Positions 49,846-58,466 are shown, numbered from the stretch's first letter. The stretch is 64,000 nucleotides of DNA from an uncultured Prevotellaceae bacterium (GCA_947168395.1 CAMVLT010000008.1:44246-108245); one strand, 5' to 3'. Translations and numbers: made by a program. Notes: generated by a model not told the origin, from the sequence alone.

Positions 49846-50163
49846 TCACGCCTCTCCCTTGTTAGGGCCGAAGGGTGCGATGGTGCGCGGTTCCTGGTTG
49901 GGAATCTTGATGGCACCATACGTGCGCTCGTAGCGCATGATATTCTCCTGCAAGGCACCAAGCAGACGCTTGGCATGCTCGGGAGCCATAATGACGCGGC
50001 TCCTCACCACCGATTTAGGCAGTCCGGGCAACACCCGTGCGAAGTCTATCACAAAATCACTCGATGAGTGTGTGATGATAGCAAAGTTAACATACTCTCC
50101 CAACCCGATTTCGGGCGACAGTTCCAATTCCAAACCCTGTTTCTTGTTCTCGTTTTCGTTCAT
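49846..50163 (-). CDS. DUF3467 family protein
   Basis: GEYVNFAIITHSSSDFVIDF, SRVIMAPEHAKRLLGALQENI..YE..YG.I. Confidence 0.88.
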   Translation of the reverse strand: MNENENKKQGLELELSPEIGLGEYVNFAIITHSSSDFVIDFARVLPGLPKSVVRSRVIMAPEHAKRLLGALQENIMRYERTYGAIKIPNQEPRTIAPFGPNKGEA

Positions 50164-50193
50164 TGTATTACTTTTTTTGTTACTACTATATTT

Positions 50194-50335
50194 CTAAATA
50201 TCCTTATAAATATCTTTCATCGTGCAGGGGATCCAGAAAGAGGCAACGGTTTTCTTGCCATCTTCTGAATCCATGAAGAACTCACCACCAAACAAATCAA
50301 CTATAGCCCTGCAGATAGCGAGTCCTAATACAGAG
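50194..50335 (-). pseudogene. Remnant of a sensor histidine kinase (end of HATPase_c)
   Basis: LGLAICRAIVDLFGGEFFMDSEDGKKTVASFWIP is the G2-box tail; the upstream domain is absent. Confidence 0.55.
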
Positions 50336-50604
50336 GACTTGCCGACATTTTTCAGAGCCTCTGAACACCTGCTAAATATACATTTAAGATGCAAAGGTAA
50401 TGAAAAAAAACGAAAGTGCCAAGAAAAAAGAGATTATTTTGCCCTATCACTCGCTTTAGCAGCTGGTAGACACGCTGGAATGCACGCTTTGCTGTACGAA
50501 ACCCCTATCATCTTTTCCCAGTAAAAGTATTGCCGTTTCAAAATTTTGTTGTATCTTTGCAGCAAACTTTTCGAATAGACGAAAGCAGACATGAATAATA
50601 ACAA

Positions 50605-50710
50605 TACTGCCCCCACCCCCTGCCCCTCCCCTACAAGGGAGGGGAGAACCGCAGAGGAAGCCGCCTCTCTCCCCTCCCTTGTAGGGGAGGGGCAGGGGGT
50701 GGGGTCAGTA
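50605..50710. repeat. Inverted pair of REP-like palindromes (BIME-like)
   Basis: CCCCACCCCCTGCCCCTCCCCTACAAGGGAGGGGAGA ... TCTCCCCTCCCTTGTAGGGGAGGGGCAGGGGGTGGGG. Confidence 0.85.
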
Positions 50711-50753
50711 ACCTTAGTTATATAGAAGCGGACAACAAATATTTGGTGACGAT

Positions 50754-51026
50754 ATGACTACATTAGCAAGGAAAATTTACGACACACCTATGGCTCCGTA
50801 TGCCGATCTGCTGAGAAGCATGAAGCCGCAAGATATACGTGTTGTCGTTACATTCTTGGAAGAAGCGATGGCCGAGGCAGAATCGAAGGCATCTGCCTCT
50901 CAAATAATCCGCGAGAAATTCAAGAAATTAGCCATTTCCGAAGAAACTAAGGAATTAGTGCGCGATTTGTCGTTGTCATCCGAGGAGATGGACGATGAAA
51001 GAACCAAGTATATTTTAGGGTACTAA
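50754..51026 (+). CDS. Putative antitoxin of the PIN toxin
   Basis: 90 aa, acidic C-terminus DDERTKYILGY, 2 nt upstream of the PIN gene. Confidence 0.65.
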   Translation: MTTLARKIYDTPMAPYADLLRSMKPQDIRVVVTFLEEAMAEAESKASASQIIREKFKKLAISEETKELVRDLSLSSEEMDDERTKYILGY

Positions 51027-51028
51027 TA

Positions 51029-51442
51029 ATGAAGAATGTATTCCTTGACACAAATGTCTTGATGGATTTCGTGGATAATCGCGAAAACCGTGAATATGCC
51101 GAGACTATCATTGAGCTTGGCAAGACTGGTGCCATTCAGTTGTATGCATCCTATTTGTCTTTTGCCAATATGGGTTACATTCTCCGAAAGCGTCAGGAAG
51201 ACGAGCGCTATCGAATGATCCGCAACGCCCGAAAGATTGTTACCGTATTGCCATGCGACTCCGACCAACTTGACAGCACGTTAGCGACTCCTGTAAAGGA
51301 CTACGAGGACATGCTTCAATATCCATGCGCTTTGGCTGCTGGATGTGACGTTATTGTCACGAATAATAAACGTGACTTCCAAGAGTTTAGCGAGTTACCA
51401 TTTCTAACGTCTGAGGAATTCCTGTTGCAGATAGATTATTGA
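51029..51442 (+). CDS. PIN-domain (VapC-like) toxin
   Basis: VFLDTNVLMDF, DYEDMLQY.CA...CDVIVTNNKRDF. Confidence 0.88.
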   Translation: MKNVFLDTNVLMDFVDNRENREYAETIIELGKTGAIQLYASYLSFANMGYILRKRQEDERYRMIRNARKIVTVLPCDSDQLDSTLATPVKDYEDMLQYPCALAAGCDVIVTNNKRDFQEFSELPFLTSEEFLLQIDY

Positions 51443-51489
51443 TTAGAGCAATTCAAATCCTAACTCCAGCCATACTTTTAGAAATAATC

Positions 51490-51675
51490 ATGAGAACCGT
51501 CCCGCCTGATTTTAGCGTCCGGCTGATGCCCGTAGAAGATGAGAAAGAAGAGCCCAAACGTGATGTGACAGCAGAGATATGTCAGGGCATGAAAGACTGG
51601 AAGGAGTATTTAGAGACTGGTAAGTCTGACAACTTCGTAACATGGGAGGAAATGATGGATGAGTTACGAGATTAG
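51490..51675 (+). pseudogene. Probably 5'-truncated antitoxin
   Basis: ...RDVTAEICQGMKDWKEYLETGKSDNFVTWEEMMDELRD; its end overlaps a RelE-like start. Confidence 0.45.
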
Positions 51676-51715
51676 TCCACACAAGACATTTCTTGTTGAA
51701 GCCAAATATTTCTGA
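51659..51715 (+). pseudogene. Truncated RelE/ParE-like toxin N-terminus
   Basis: MSYEISPHKTFLVEAK, cut at the junction with an inverted DUF1016 fragment. Confidence 0.45.
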
Positions 51716-51859
51716 CGAATACTCATCATAGAACATCACCATATTGTAGATATTGCGACGGCTATAACCTTTCAGCGTTGGATCTTTCGTTCGCAGATAT
51801 TCAGATAGCTGAGTAACAACTTTGCTACCCCATTCATTGCTTTTAAGTTTATCAGAAAA
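51706..51859 (-). pseudogene. Internal fragment of a DUF1016/YhcG N-terminal domain
   Basis: EWGSKVVTQLSEYLRTKDPTLKGYSRRNIYNMVMFYDEY. Confidence 0.7.
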
Positions 51860-52235
51860 AACTAAGGAGCGAAATCTTATCTGATACACATGCTCCAGTA
51901 CATTTTATAGTCATCAAATGAGAATTATTTCTGTTTTAATTTGTATTTACAGAAAATATGCTTATCTTTGCAGCAAACTTTTCGAAGGGTCGAAAGTAAA
52001 GGCGTGATATAACTGGTCGTCCATTCCCCGTTTCACGGGGTCTGTCCGACGAGAAAAATACACTGAGTCGCTTGCATAGACGAAAAAAAAGTGATTAGCT
52101 TTGCAATCGCCATGCAAGTAAGCCGTATACATAATAGGTCACCGAACCTAATTTGCAGCGTGGCACCGACTCCTTGTAAGCAAAAGATTGCGCCGCTGGA
52201 GGCCTTATAGAACCCTAAGTCCGCATGAACTTAAA

Positions 52236-52793
52236 ATGTTAAAAGAGAAGCCCACATTGAAAAGCTTCTTCGATTCCAAAATTAGGAAGTTCAATGCTGG
52301 CAAATATTATTATTTAAATGTGCTAGGCGTTATCGTGTGCGAGTTGAATGAAACTCAAAGGAATCAGCTATATAATGAGTTGAAAGAACTGCATGATAAG
52401 GTCGGCAGAGAGTATGACCCAAATATATTAGGGAAAGGCTTTCTTGCAACATTTGGCAAGTATCGGAAGGGTAACAATGCTCAATGTGCTGCATTTTTCA
52501 CAACCATCTATCTGGCCATGTTGGATTTGGAAGCGAGCAAAGACAAATACCCTCATTCACTTGGCAAAACAATGGTATTAAGAAGCTGTAGGGCTGTAAT
52601 CCTAGAGGGCAAAGACCCAAAACAAGCAGCCGTTATGTTTGAAAGAAGGCATGAAGAAGTGGCTGATGATTACTACTACGATTCAGAGGTTGATTCACGC
52701 TATGAGAAATATAATGGGCACAATGGCTATGATGATGATACCATTGACATAGGATTTGATGGGCATCCTGAAGCAACGTGGAACGTTGATTAG
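52236..52793 (+). CDS. Hypothetical protein with acidic C-terminal YDDDTIDIGFDGHPEATWNVD motif
   Basis: ATG at 52236; AT-rich; -7 box TAGCTTTG at 52096-52103. Confidence 0.7.
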   Translation: MLKEKPTLKSFFDSKIRKFNAGKYYYLNVLGVIVCELNETQRNQLYNELKELHDKVGREYDPNILGKGFLATFGKYRKGNNAQCAAFFTTIYLAMLDLEASKDKYPHSLGKTMVLRSCRAVILEGKDPKQAAVMFERRHEEVADDYYYDSEVDSRYEKYNGHNGYDDDTIDIGFDGHPEATWNVD

Positions 52794-52820
52794 CCTATAG
52801 TGAATCTCCCTCATAAAAAA

Positions 52821-52853
52821 AGTGTGCTAGACCATTGAATCAATCTAGCACAC
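52821..52853. terminator. Terminator between convergent genes
   Basis: GTGTGCTAGA-loop-TCTAGCACAC with a flanking A-tract. Confidence 0.65.
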
Positions 52854-52890
52854 ATTATAATGTTTTTTAAATCATATTGGTATATCCCAA

Positions 52891-53175
52891 TTATCTATTT
52901 TCCCATTCACTGAAATCATACATTCTGAATACATAGGCAAGGCACTGTGCCAATGCTTCATCCCCAAGGCATCTAACGATTGCGGCATCAATGACCTCTT
53001 TTTCCATGTGCTTCACTGCCATGTCATAAGCCTCTTGAACATCGTTATCATCGACAATCCAACCACCATTCTCAGCTTCATTAACAACTCTGTCAACAGG
53101 TTCCTTCACGATTCTGGGAAGTGCCTTATCCGATATTCTTGCAAATCCTCTTTTCGTATCGCTACGTTTGTTTAT
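52891..53175 (-). pseudogene. Small hypothetical gene with no ATG start, possibly phage-derived
   Basis: Open frame (I)NKRSDTKRGFARISDKALPRIVKEPVDRVVNEAENGGW...FSEWENR. Confidence 0.4.
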
Positions 53176-53221
53176 CTATAAATATCAGCATAGGGAGAAA
53201 TGTGGAAAAAGTGTAAATAGG

Positions 53222-53303
53222 GCCGGGTGGGGGGTCTTTGAAGTTTGCCGTAAGTAAACTGGGGGGTTACCCTACCTAAACCCTGGGTTTACCGTAGGGG
53301 GAA
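53222..53303. repeat. Blocks C and B (22-bp period), inverted relative to the 26-28 kb copies
   Basis: Reverse complement reads CCCCCTACGGTAAACCCAGGGT / TTAGGTAGGGTAACCCCCCAGT / TTACTTACGGCAAACTTCAAAG / ACCCCCCACCCGG. Confidence 0.7.
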
Positions 53304-53325
53304 TTAGAAAAATATCTATATTCGT

Positions 53326-53574
53326 AAAAACACCTAACACCTAACCTGACTGCCCTGAAATGCTTTGTACATCGGGGTTTCAGGTGGGTTAGGTGTTTGG
53401 GAAACTCCTAACCTACTCCTAACCAACACCTAACCCCCTTTACACCCTCTACAACCAGGATTAGTGAGTAGTGAGGTTAGGTGTTGGTTAGGTGTTCGGG
53501 CAACTCCCAACCTCTCAGAATGCCTTTATACAAAGGGGTTTTGAGAGATTGGGTTAGGAGGTTAGGTGTTTTTT
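53326..53574. repeat. ~250-bp CTCCTAACC-array palindromic element, copy 2 (inverted)
   Basis: The reverse complement aligns by eye with 25998-26255 over both arms; the central spacer has diverged. Confidence 0.85.
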
Positions 53575-53579
53575 GCAAA

Positions 53580-54887
53580 TCACTCCATCACGCCGAACAG
53601 GTCGTTTTCCTCGAAGAGCTGTAGGACGGCCTGCTCGATGGGGGTGCGGCGGACTATTTCGTTCTTCTGCCAGAAGTCGGGGTCGTAGCCGGTGCGCGTG
53701 ATTTCCTTGTGCAGCTCGCTATAGAATTCGAGCATGCTGCTACTTTTACTGTCGGAGTGCTGGTCGGCAAACCAGTTGCCGATGCGCTTCAGCAGGTTGC
53801 CCTTCTTCTTCGGCCCATCGCCCAGATTGAACAGCAGCGAGCGGGTGGTGATGGTCTGCCCCTCGAAATCGTGCGACTCGTCGACATATACCGACTGCAC
53901 CTCGGGGTAGCCGTGCTCCTCGGTCATCTCCACCACATAGCTGAAGTGGGCCAACGAGACGGATTGCGTGTAGCGGCTGAACCCTATCTCGTTTGTCTCG
54001 GTCAGGATTCGCGTCAGCACCCTGAAGTTGTGGCCTTCGCCCTCGAAGCGGCGTATGTGGAGGGTCTGCTCGTCGACGTAGAGGGTGCCGCCGAGTATGG
54101 AGTAACGACTCAGCACCTCGGGCTTCGGCTCGAAGCGGATGGCAAAGATGCGTTCTCCGTCGTCGCCGCTGATGACGGTATAGCTGACGTTGTAGAACTT
54201 GTTGTAATTGCGGAACAGCGGCACCACGTCGTCCAGTTTGCTGGGCATCTTGTAGTAAGCCGCCATTTCGAGCTGCGAGAAGGTGTAGAAGTTGCCGAAG
54301 TAGGTGTAGTGGTTCAGGCTGTCGGACTGAATGCCGGCATAGCGCCCTGTATAGATACTCAGGTTACGCAGCGACACGGCGGGATTGCCTTTGAGGAACG
54401 ACTCGGCAAACTCGTAGCAGCGGGCACCGAGGAAGGCCGTCTGGCGGTAGAAGAACTTCGACTCGCGGTTCTTGTATTTCTGCTGCAGTCGCAGCGTCTC
54501 CTTGCAAATCTTGTTGATCATGGGGCCTATGGGCACCACCACCACCTCCTGCAGCTGCCGCTCCTGTGGCTGCAGGGCCACGACCTCGCCCAACTCGCTT
54601 GCCTGGACGTAGGTCGGCTTATAGCCCACGTAGGTGATGCGCAGCACGTCGGCAGGCTCACAATGCAGGGAGAACGTGCCTACGGCATTGGTGATAGTTG
54701 AGGTGGCACCGTCCACCCACACGCTGGCAAAAGGCAGCCGCTCGTGGGTCACGGCATCGACAACAGTAGCCACGTATTGCGCCCTTGCAGGGCTAATGAA
54801 TAGTGAATAGTGAATAATGAATAATGTTATCATTATCCATCGGTTGCCTTTGCGGGTATTCCTGTTTATACTCATTGCATTATTCAT
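53580..54887 (-). CDS. Carboxypeptidase-regulatory-like domain secreted protein
   Basis: VVDAVTHERLPFASV...TITNAVG.F, LRITYVGY, LQEVVV, FFYRQ, YDPDFWQKNEIVRRT. The true start may be the internal MITLF. Confidence 0.75.
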   Translation of the reverse strand: MNNAMSINRNTRKGNRWIMITLFIIHYSLFISPARAQYVATVVDAVTHERLPFASVWVDGATSTITNAVGTFSLHCEPADVLRITYVGYKPTYVQASELGEVVALQPQERQLQEVVVVPIGPMINKICKETLRLQQKYKNRESKFFYRQTAFLGARCYEFAESFLKGNPAVSLRNLSIYTGRYAGIQSDSLNHYTYFGNFYTFSQLEMAAYYKMPSKLDDVVPLFRNYNKFYNVSYTVISGDDGERIFAIRFEPKPEVLSRYSILGGTLYVDEQTLHIRRFEGEGHNFRVLTRILTETNEIGFSRYTQSVSLAHFSYVVEMTEEHGYPEVQSVYVDESHDFEGQTITTRSLLFNLGDGPKKKGNLLKRIGNWFADQHSDSKSSSMLEFYSELHKEITRTGYDPDFWQKNEIVRRTPIEQAVLQLFEENDLFGVME

Positions 54888-54930
54888 TCTTCACTTTTCA
54901 CTCTTCATTAGGCCCGCAGGGCCGCATTCA

Positions 54931-55338
54931 TCATGGGTATTCACTTTCACGTAATGTTTTGTCGCTCAACCTCAGTGGGACACAGCGCAACGAGCAGTCA
55001 GGCACGCCGCCCGACTCGGCATAGCTGCCATGTAGACGATAGCGGCGTCCTGCATGACTGAAGTTCATTGAGAACATGAAGGCTGGAGCTGATGGAGACT
55101 CGAAGCGATAACGCAAGTCACGGCACTCGACAGGCGTTCGTCGGAGCTGTCCGCGGCGAGTGAGGTAAGCGCTTTTAAGCACAAGCGTTGACGTGCCATC
55201 AGTCGTATAGGCGAGCCGCACATTGATGAACGTGGAGTCGCTGACAGCCGCCTGCATACTGACGGATTGCGCCCGTAAAGGCACCACCGGCAACCACAGC
55301 AGGGCAAGTATGAATGTCAACAGCTGTCTCATAGTCAC
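54931..55338 (-). CDS. Small secreted hypothetical protein
   Basis: Signal peptide MRQLLTFILALLWLPVVPLRAQ; 4-nt overlap with the upstream gene. Confidence 0.6.
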   Translation of the reverse strand: MTMRQLLTFILALLWLPVVPLRAQSVSMQAAVSDSTFINVRLAYTTDGTSTLVLKSAYLTRRGQLRRTPVECRDLRYRFESPSAPAFMFSMNFSHAGRRYRLHGSYAESGGVPDCSLRCVPLRLSDKTLRESEYP

Positions 55339-58300
55339 TGGATGGTTATGGTGGTTCCATTCGATGTCAATCCCTCCGCCGACACCTTCAGTGACTGGCT
55401 GAAGCCGTTGTTGAAGAACTCCATGTGGGCACGTCCCTCGCTGTCAGTAGTCACCTGCGGATTCCAGTACACCGTGCGGCGGTAGTCGGTAGCCTCGGGT
55501 TCCGGCTCCCAGTCGTAGTTCGGCTCATAGAACTCTGCCGGCTGGGTCAGTCCCTGGAAGTTGATGCGGAAGCCTAAGAAATCGGGCAACGGATGGGAGT
55601 TGTCGTAGATGCTGTCGGTGGTGAAGTTGATGATGGACGTCAGCGGGAAGTCGGCATTGAAGGCGGAATAGGATTCATACGACCCTACCGTCTCGTGGAA
55701 GCGTCCCCGCTGGTGGGTCAGCTGTCGGTTGTTGGCATCGGCATAGAGTTCTACATTCTTGAAGTTCTCGTTGATGGGGAAGAAGCGCAACCCCAAGGGC
55801 AGCATCGCCTCCGAGCCAGTAACCTTGGTAAAGTGGGGATAGGTGCCATCCTTTTCGGCATCTACGTAGTACATGTTCTGACCGTCGAGTCCGAAGACAT
55901 AGAGCATCTCAACCAAGTTGGCGAAGTAGGGACGGTCATCAATATGGTAGGTGCCGCCTGGCATGATGCCTCTGCGGTGATTGGCCACCTGACCGGAAAC
56001 GCTGCTTAACGCCATTGCATGGCGTTCGCGCCCCATTTCCGAGTCGAGCCAATAAGAATCCTCCAACACCATGCGGTACAGGAAATTGTCGTAGGGGTCG
56101 AAGACGGTGCCGGAGCCTTCGTCATTCAACCGTGAACCGCACTTGAAGTCCTGTATGTCACCGAAGATGTTCGACAGCCACGCCATCACGTCCTTCACGT
56201 CCATCACCGACACGGGCTTCACGTCGCTAAAGTCGCTCCACGCACGACGCTTTTTCTTCTGCACGTCGGGCAGCATGTAGGTCTGGCTGACGTCGTCGTA
56301 GAATATCAGGCGGTCCTTGTTGCCCTTGGGCACAGCCATGAAGCCATAGCGGAACATATCGCGGTCTATCGGATCGTTCAGTGCCGCCGTCTCGTAGTAG
56401 TCGTAATCCTTGGGCAGGGGTGAATATTGGTTCAGCGGCTCTATACGCTTGCCCAGCAGGTAAAACGGACGCTTGATGGTGTTCCACTGGAAGTTGTGGC
56501 CACCTACGCCGCCCTTAGCGATTCCCAACTCCTCGATGCTCTGCTTGTTGAGCATCAGGGCCATGCGCCCTTTACCGTAGAAGGGCTGCATGTTCAGGCG
56601 GAAGCAGCCCGTGGAGTCAATCTTGCTCTCGCCCGACAGGATAAGCTGCGGCGCCTGTCCCTCTTCGCGAACCACCCACTCGCTGCCTCCCAGATTGATG
56701 GTCTGGCGGGGATATTTCCACTTGTCGAGCGAGTGGTCGGTAAGGATGGTGTCGCCATTCAGGTACAGTTCGGAATACACCCAGTAGGGCTTGTTCTGCT
56801 GCACCCGCCAGTGCTGGCGTGCGTTATAGTCGTTGTCGTCCCACACTCGTCCTGCGAACGTCAGTCCGCGCTCAATGGCCAGCATGGGGTCGAACCTCTC
56901 GCCGCTCATCATCTGCTCGTAGTCGTAGCGTGTCCAGCCCTGCACCATCATCAGCATGTCGAGTGCCTGCCGCCGTTCGTTGTCGTCGGCCTCGAAGTAG
57001 TACTCAGGATGGGGGATGAAGCCCTTCACCTCCGATGCCAACAGCAGGTAGCTCAGCACGTTGCCGTCGTCGTAGGTGTCCTCGCGGCTGTCGCCGTCGG
57101 TCACGGCAATGGAGAAGTCGTGGGCGGCATGCACAGGACGGCCTGCCTTGTCGACCAGCTGGTAGTCGAGGGTGACTTTCTGGTAAGGGGTGAGACCCTC
57201 CCCCGACCCCTCCCTGTTGAGGGAAAGACCCACCCCCGACCCCTCCCTGTTGAGGGAGGGGAGTATCTGTGGGGTCTGAACGAGTCGCAGCCCGTCCATA
57301 TCGTGATTGTTCACAAACGTCATGCGCTGGGCCAGCACCTTGCCGTCGTCGGTAAAGAGCGTCACCACGTTGACACCCGTCTGCAGCGACTGTTTGTCGA
57401 TGAGGGCCACCGCCCGCTCATCGTCCGTCAAGTCCACGGTACTATAGTAGTAGGTATGCCCGCGTGAGGTGACGCTGAGTCCCAGCATCCGGCCCTCGGT
57501 CCGGTCGTTGCGGCTGATGATGGTCTTCAGCTGATTATCGGTCTGGAATACACTGAGCGAGTAGCCACGCTTCTTCGGACGGGGCAGGTCAAAGTGATAG
57601 TCCCTTCCTTGATAGTTCAGCCTCAACTTCAGTCCGTCGATGAGTTCCTCGGCATCGAGCGAGTCGGGCGTCACCGCAAAGACACCGCGTCCGGCATAGT
57701 CGGTCTTGAAGTAGCCGATGCTGTCACCCCGTCGTATCAGGGCACCTGCCACGTTCAGCGTGCGTCCCTCGGCATTGCGGGCCTGGAAGGCGATGCGGGT
57801 CGGCACACCCCGAACCAGATTGCCGCCTTCGGGATAGAAGTCAATCTTCAGTTTGTCCTTGGCTGTCGTTGCCATGGTTGAGGTAGCCTTTGCCAGCCGC
57901 GGTATGCGCCGCATAAAATACTGTCCGCTGTCGACACGCTCATAGACGGGGAACACCCGCGAGAATACACCGGCATTGCCCTGCATGTAGCGCAGCGCAC
58001 GTTCTCCCCACTGTCGGCGGGCCTGATTGGAGTGCATGCGCTTCCAGCCGTGAGGATCACCTGTGGTGAAGTTCAGCATCCATGCCGTATAGGCCCTGAC
58101 CTCGTAGAAGCCGGCATTCAGCGTGTCCTTCAGCTCGAACGAGCCGTGGGCCTGGCCGTTCTCTATGATTAATTTCTGGGTTTCCACGGGATAGCCAATG
58201 GGGTTGAGCAGCTCCACGTAGAGGATGCGGCTCAGGTCGGTGAAGTGCAGGTTGTCGTCGCGCACGACGTAAGCCTTGTACCAGATGTTCTCCCCCTTAT

Positions 58301-58466
58301 AATAAGAGGTGTTGTCGAAATGGACGTAGACACGTTCCGTCGGGAACATGCAGGCGAAGCGTTCGAAGTTCTCCTGCCGTTGGAACAACAGCGAGTCGGT
58401 GTCGGCACCTGTTGCCGGCAGGAGGCTTGCAAGCCCAAATACCAAAGTTAGAATCAGTTGTTTCAT
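55335..58466 (-). CDS. Large secreted MG2-like domain protein (Bacteroidetes family)
   Basis: ERVYVHFDNTSYYKGENIWYKAYV, YEVRAYTAWM, FYPEGGNLV, LDMLMMVQGWTRY, DYRRTVYWNP. Confidence 0.8.
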   Translation of the reverse strand: MKQLILTLVFGLASLLPATGADTDSLLFQRQENFERFACMFPTERVYVHFDNTSYYKGENIWYKAYVVRDDNLHFTDLSRILYVELLNPIGYPVETQKLIIENGQAHGSFELKDTLNAGFYEVRAYTAWMLNFTTGDPHGWKRMHSNQARRQWGERALRYMQGNAGVFSRVFPVYERVDSGQYFMRRIPRLAKATSTMATTAKDKLKIDFYPEGGNLVRGVPTRIAFQARNAEGRTLNVAGALIRRGDSIGYFKTDYAGRGVFAVTPDSLDAEELIDGLKLRLNYQGRDYHFDLPRPKKRGYSLSVFQTDNQLKTIISRNDRTEGRMLGLSVTSRGHTYYYSTVDLTDDERAVALIDKQSLQTGVNVVTLFTDDGKVLAQRMTFVNNHDMDGLRLVQTPQILPSLNREGSGVGLSLNREGSGEGLTPYQKVTLDYQLVDKAGRPVHAAHDFSIAVTDGDSREDTYDDGNVLSYLLLASEVKGFIPHPEYYFEADDNERRQALDMLMMVQGWTRYDYEQMMSGERFDPMLAIERGLTFAGRVWDDNDYNARQHWRVQQNKPYWVYSELYLNGDTILTDHSLDKWKYPRQTINLGGSEWVVREEGQAPQLILSGESKIDSTGCFRLNMQPFYGKGRMALMLNKQSIEELGIAKGGVGGHNFQWNTIKRPFYLLGKRIEPLNQYSPLPKDYDYYETAALNDPIDRDMFRYGFMAVPKGNKDRLIFYDDVSQTYMLPDVQKKKRRAWSDFSDVKPVSVMDVKDVMAWLSNIFGDIQDFKCGSRLNDEGSGTVFDPYDNFLYRMVLEDSYWLDSEMGRERHAMALSSVSGQVANHRRGIMPGGTYHIDDRPYFANLVEMLYVFGLDGQNMYYVDAEKDGTYPHFTKVTGSEAMLPLGLRFFPINENFKNVELYADANNRQLTHQRGRFHETVGSYESYSAFNADFPLTSIINFTTDSIYDNSHPLPDFLGFRINFQGLTQPAEFYEPNYDWEPEPEATDYRRTVYWNPQVTTDSEGRAHMEFFNNGFSQSLKVSAEGLTSNGTTITIQ
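57193..57264. repeat. Duplicated REP-like palindrome inserted in frame
   Basis: 33-bp unit AGACCC(T/A)CCCCCGACCCCTCCCTGTTGAGGGA(A/G) x2, read as LPSLNREGSGVGLSLNREGSGEGL. Confidence 0.8.

Noticed and set aside
49487-50067. ORFs starting MKSEKFAAA and MNSDKFAAA
   Set aside because: They are translations of the REP/heptamer repeat overlapping real genes.
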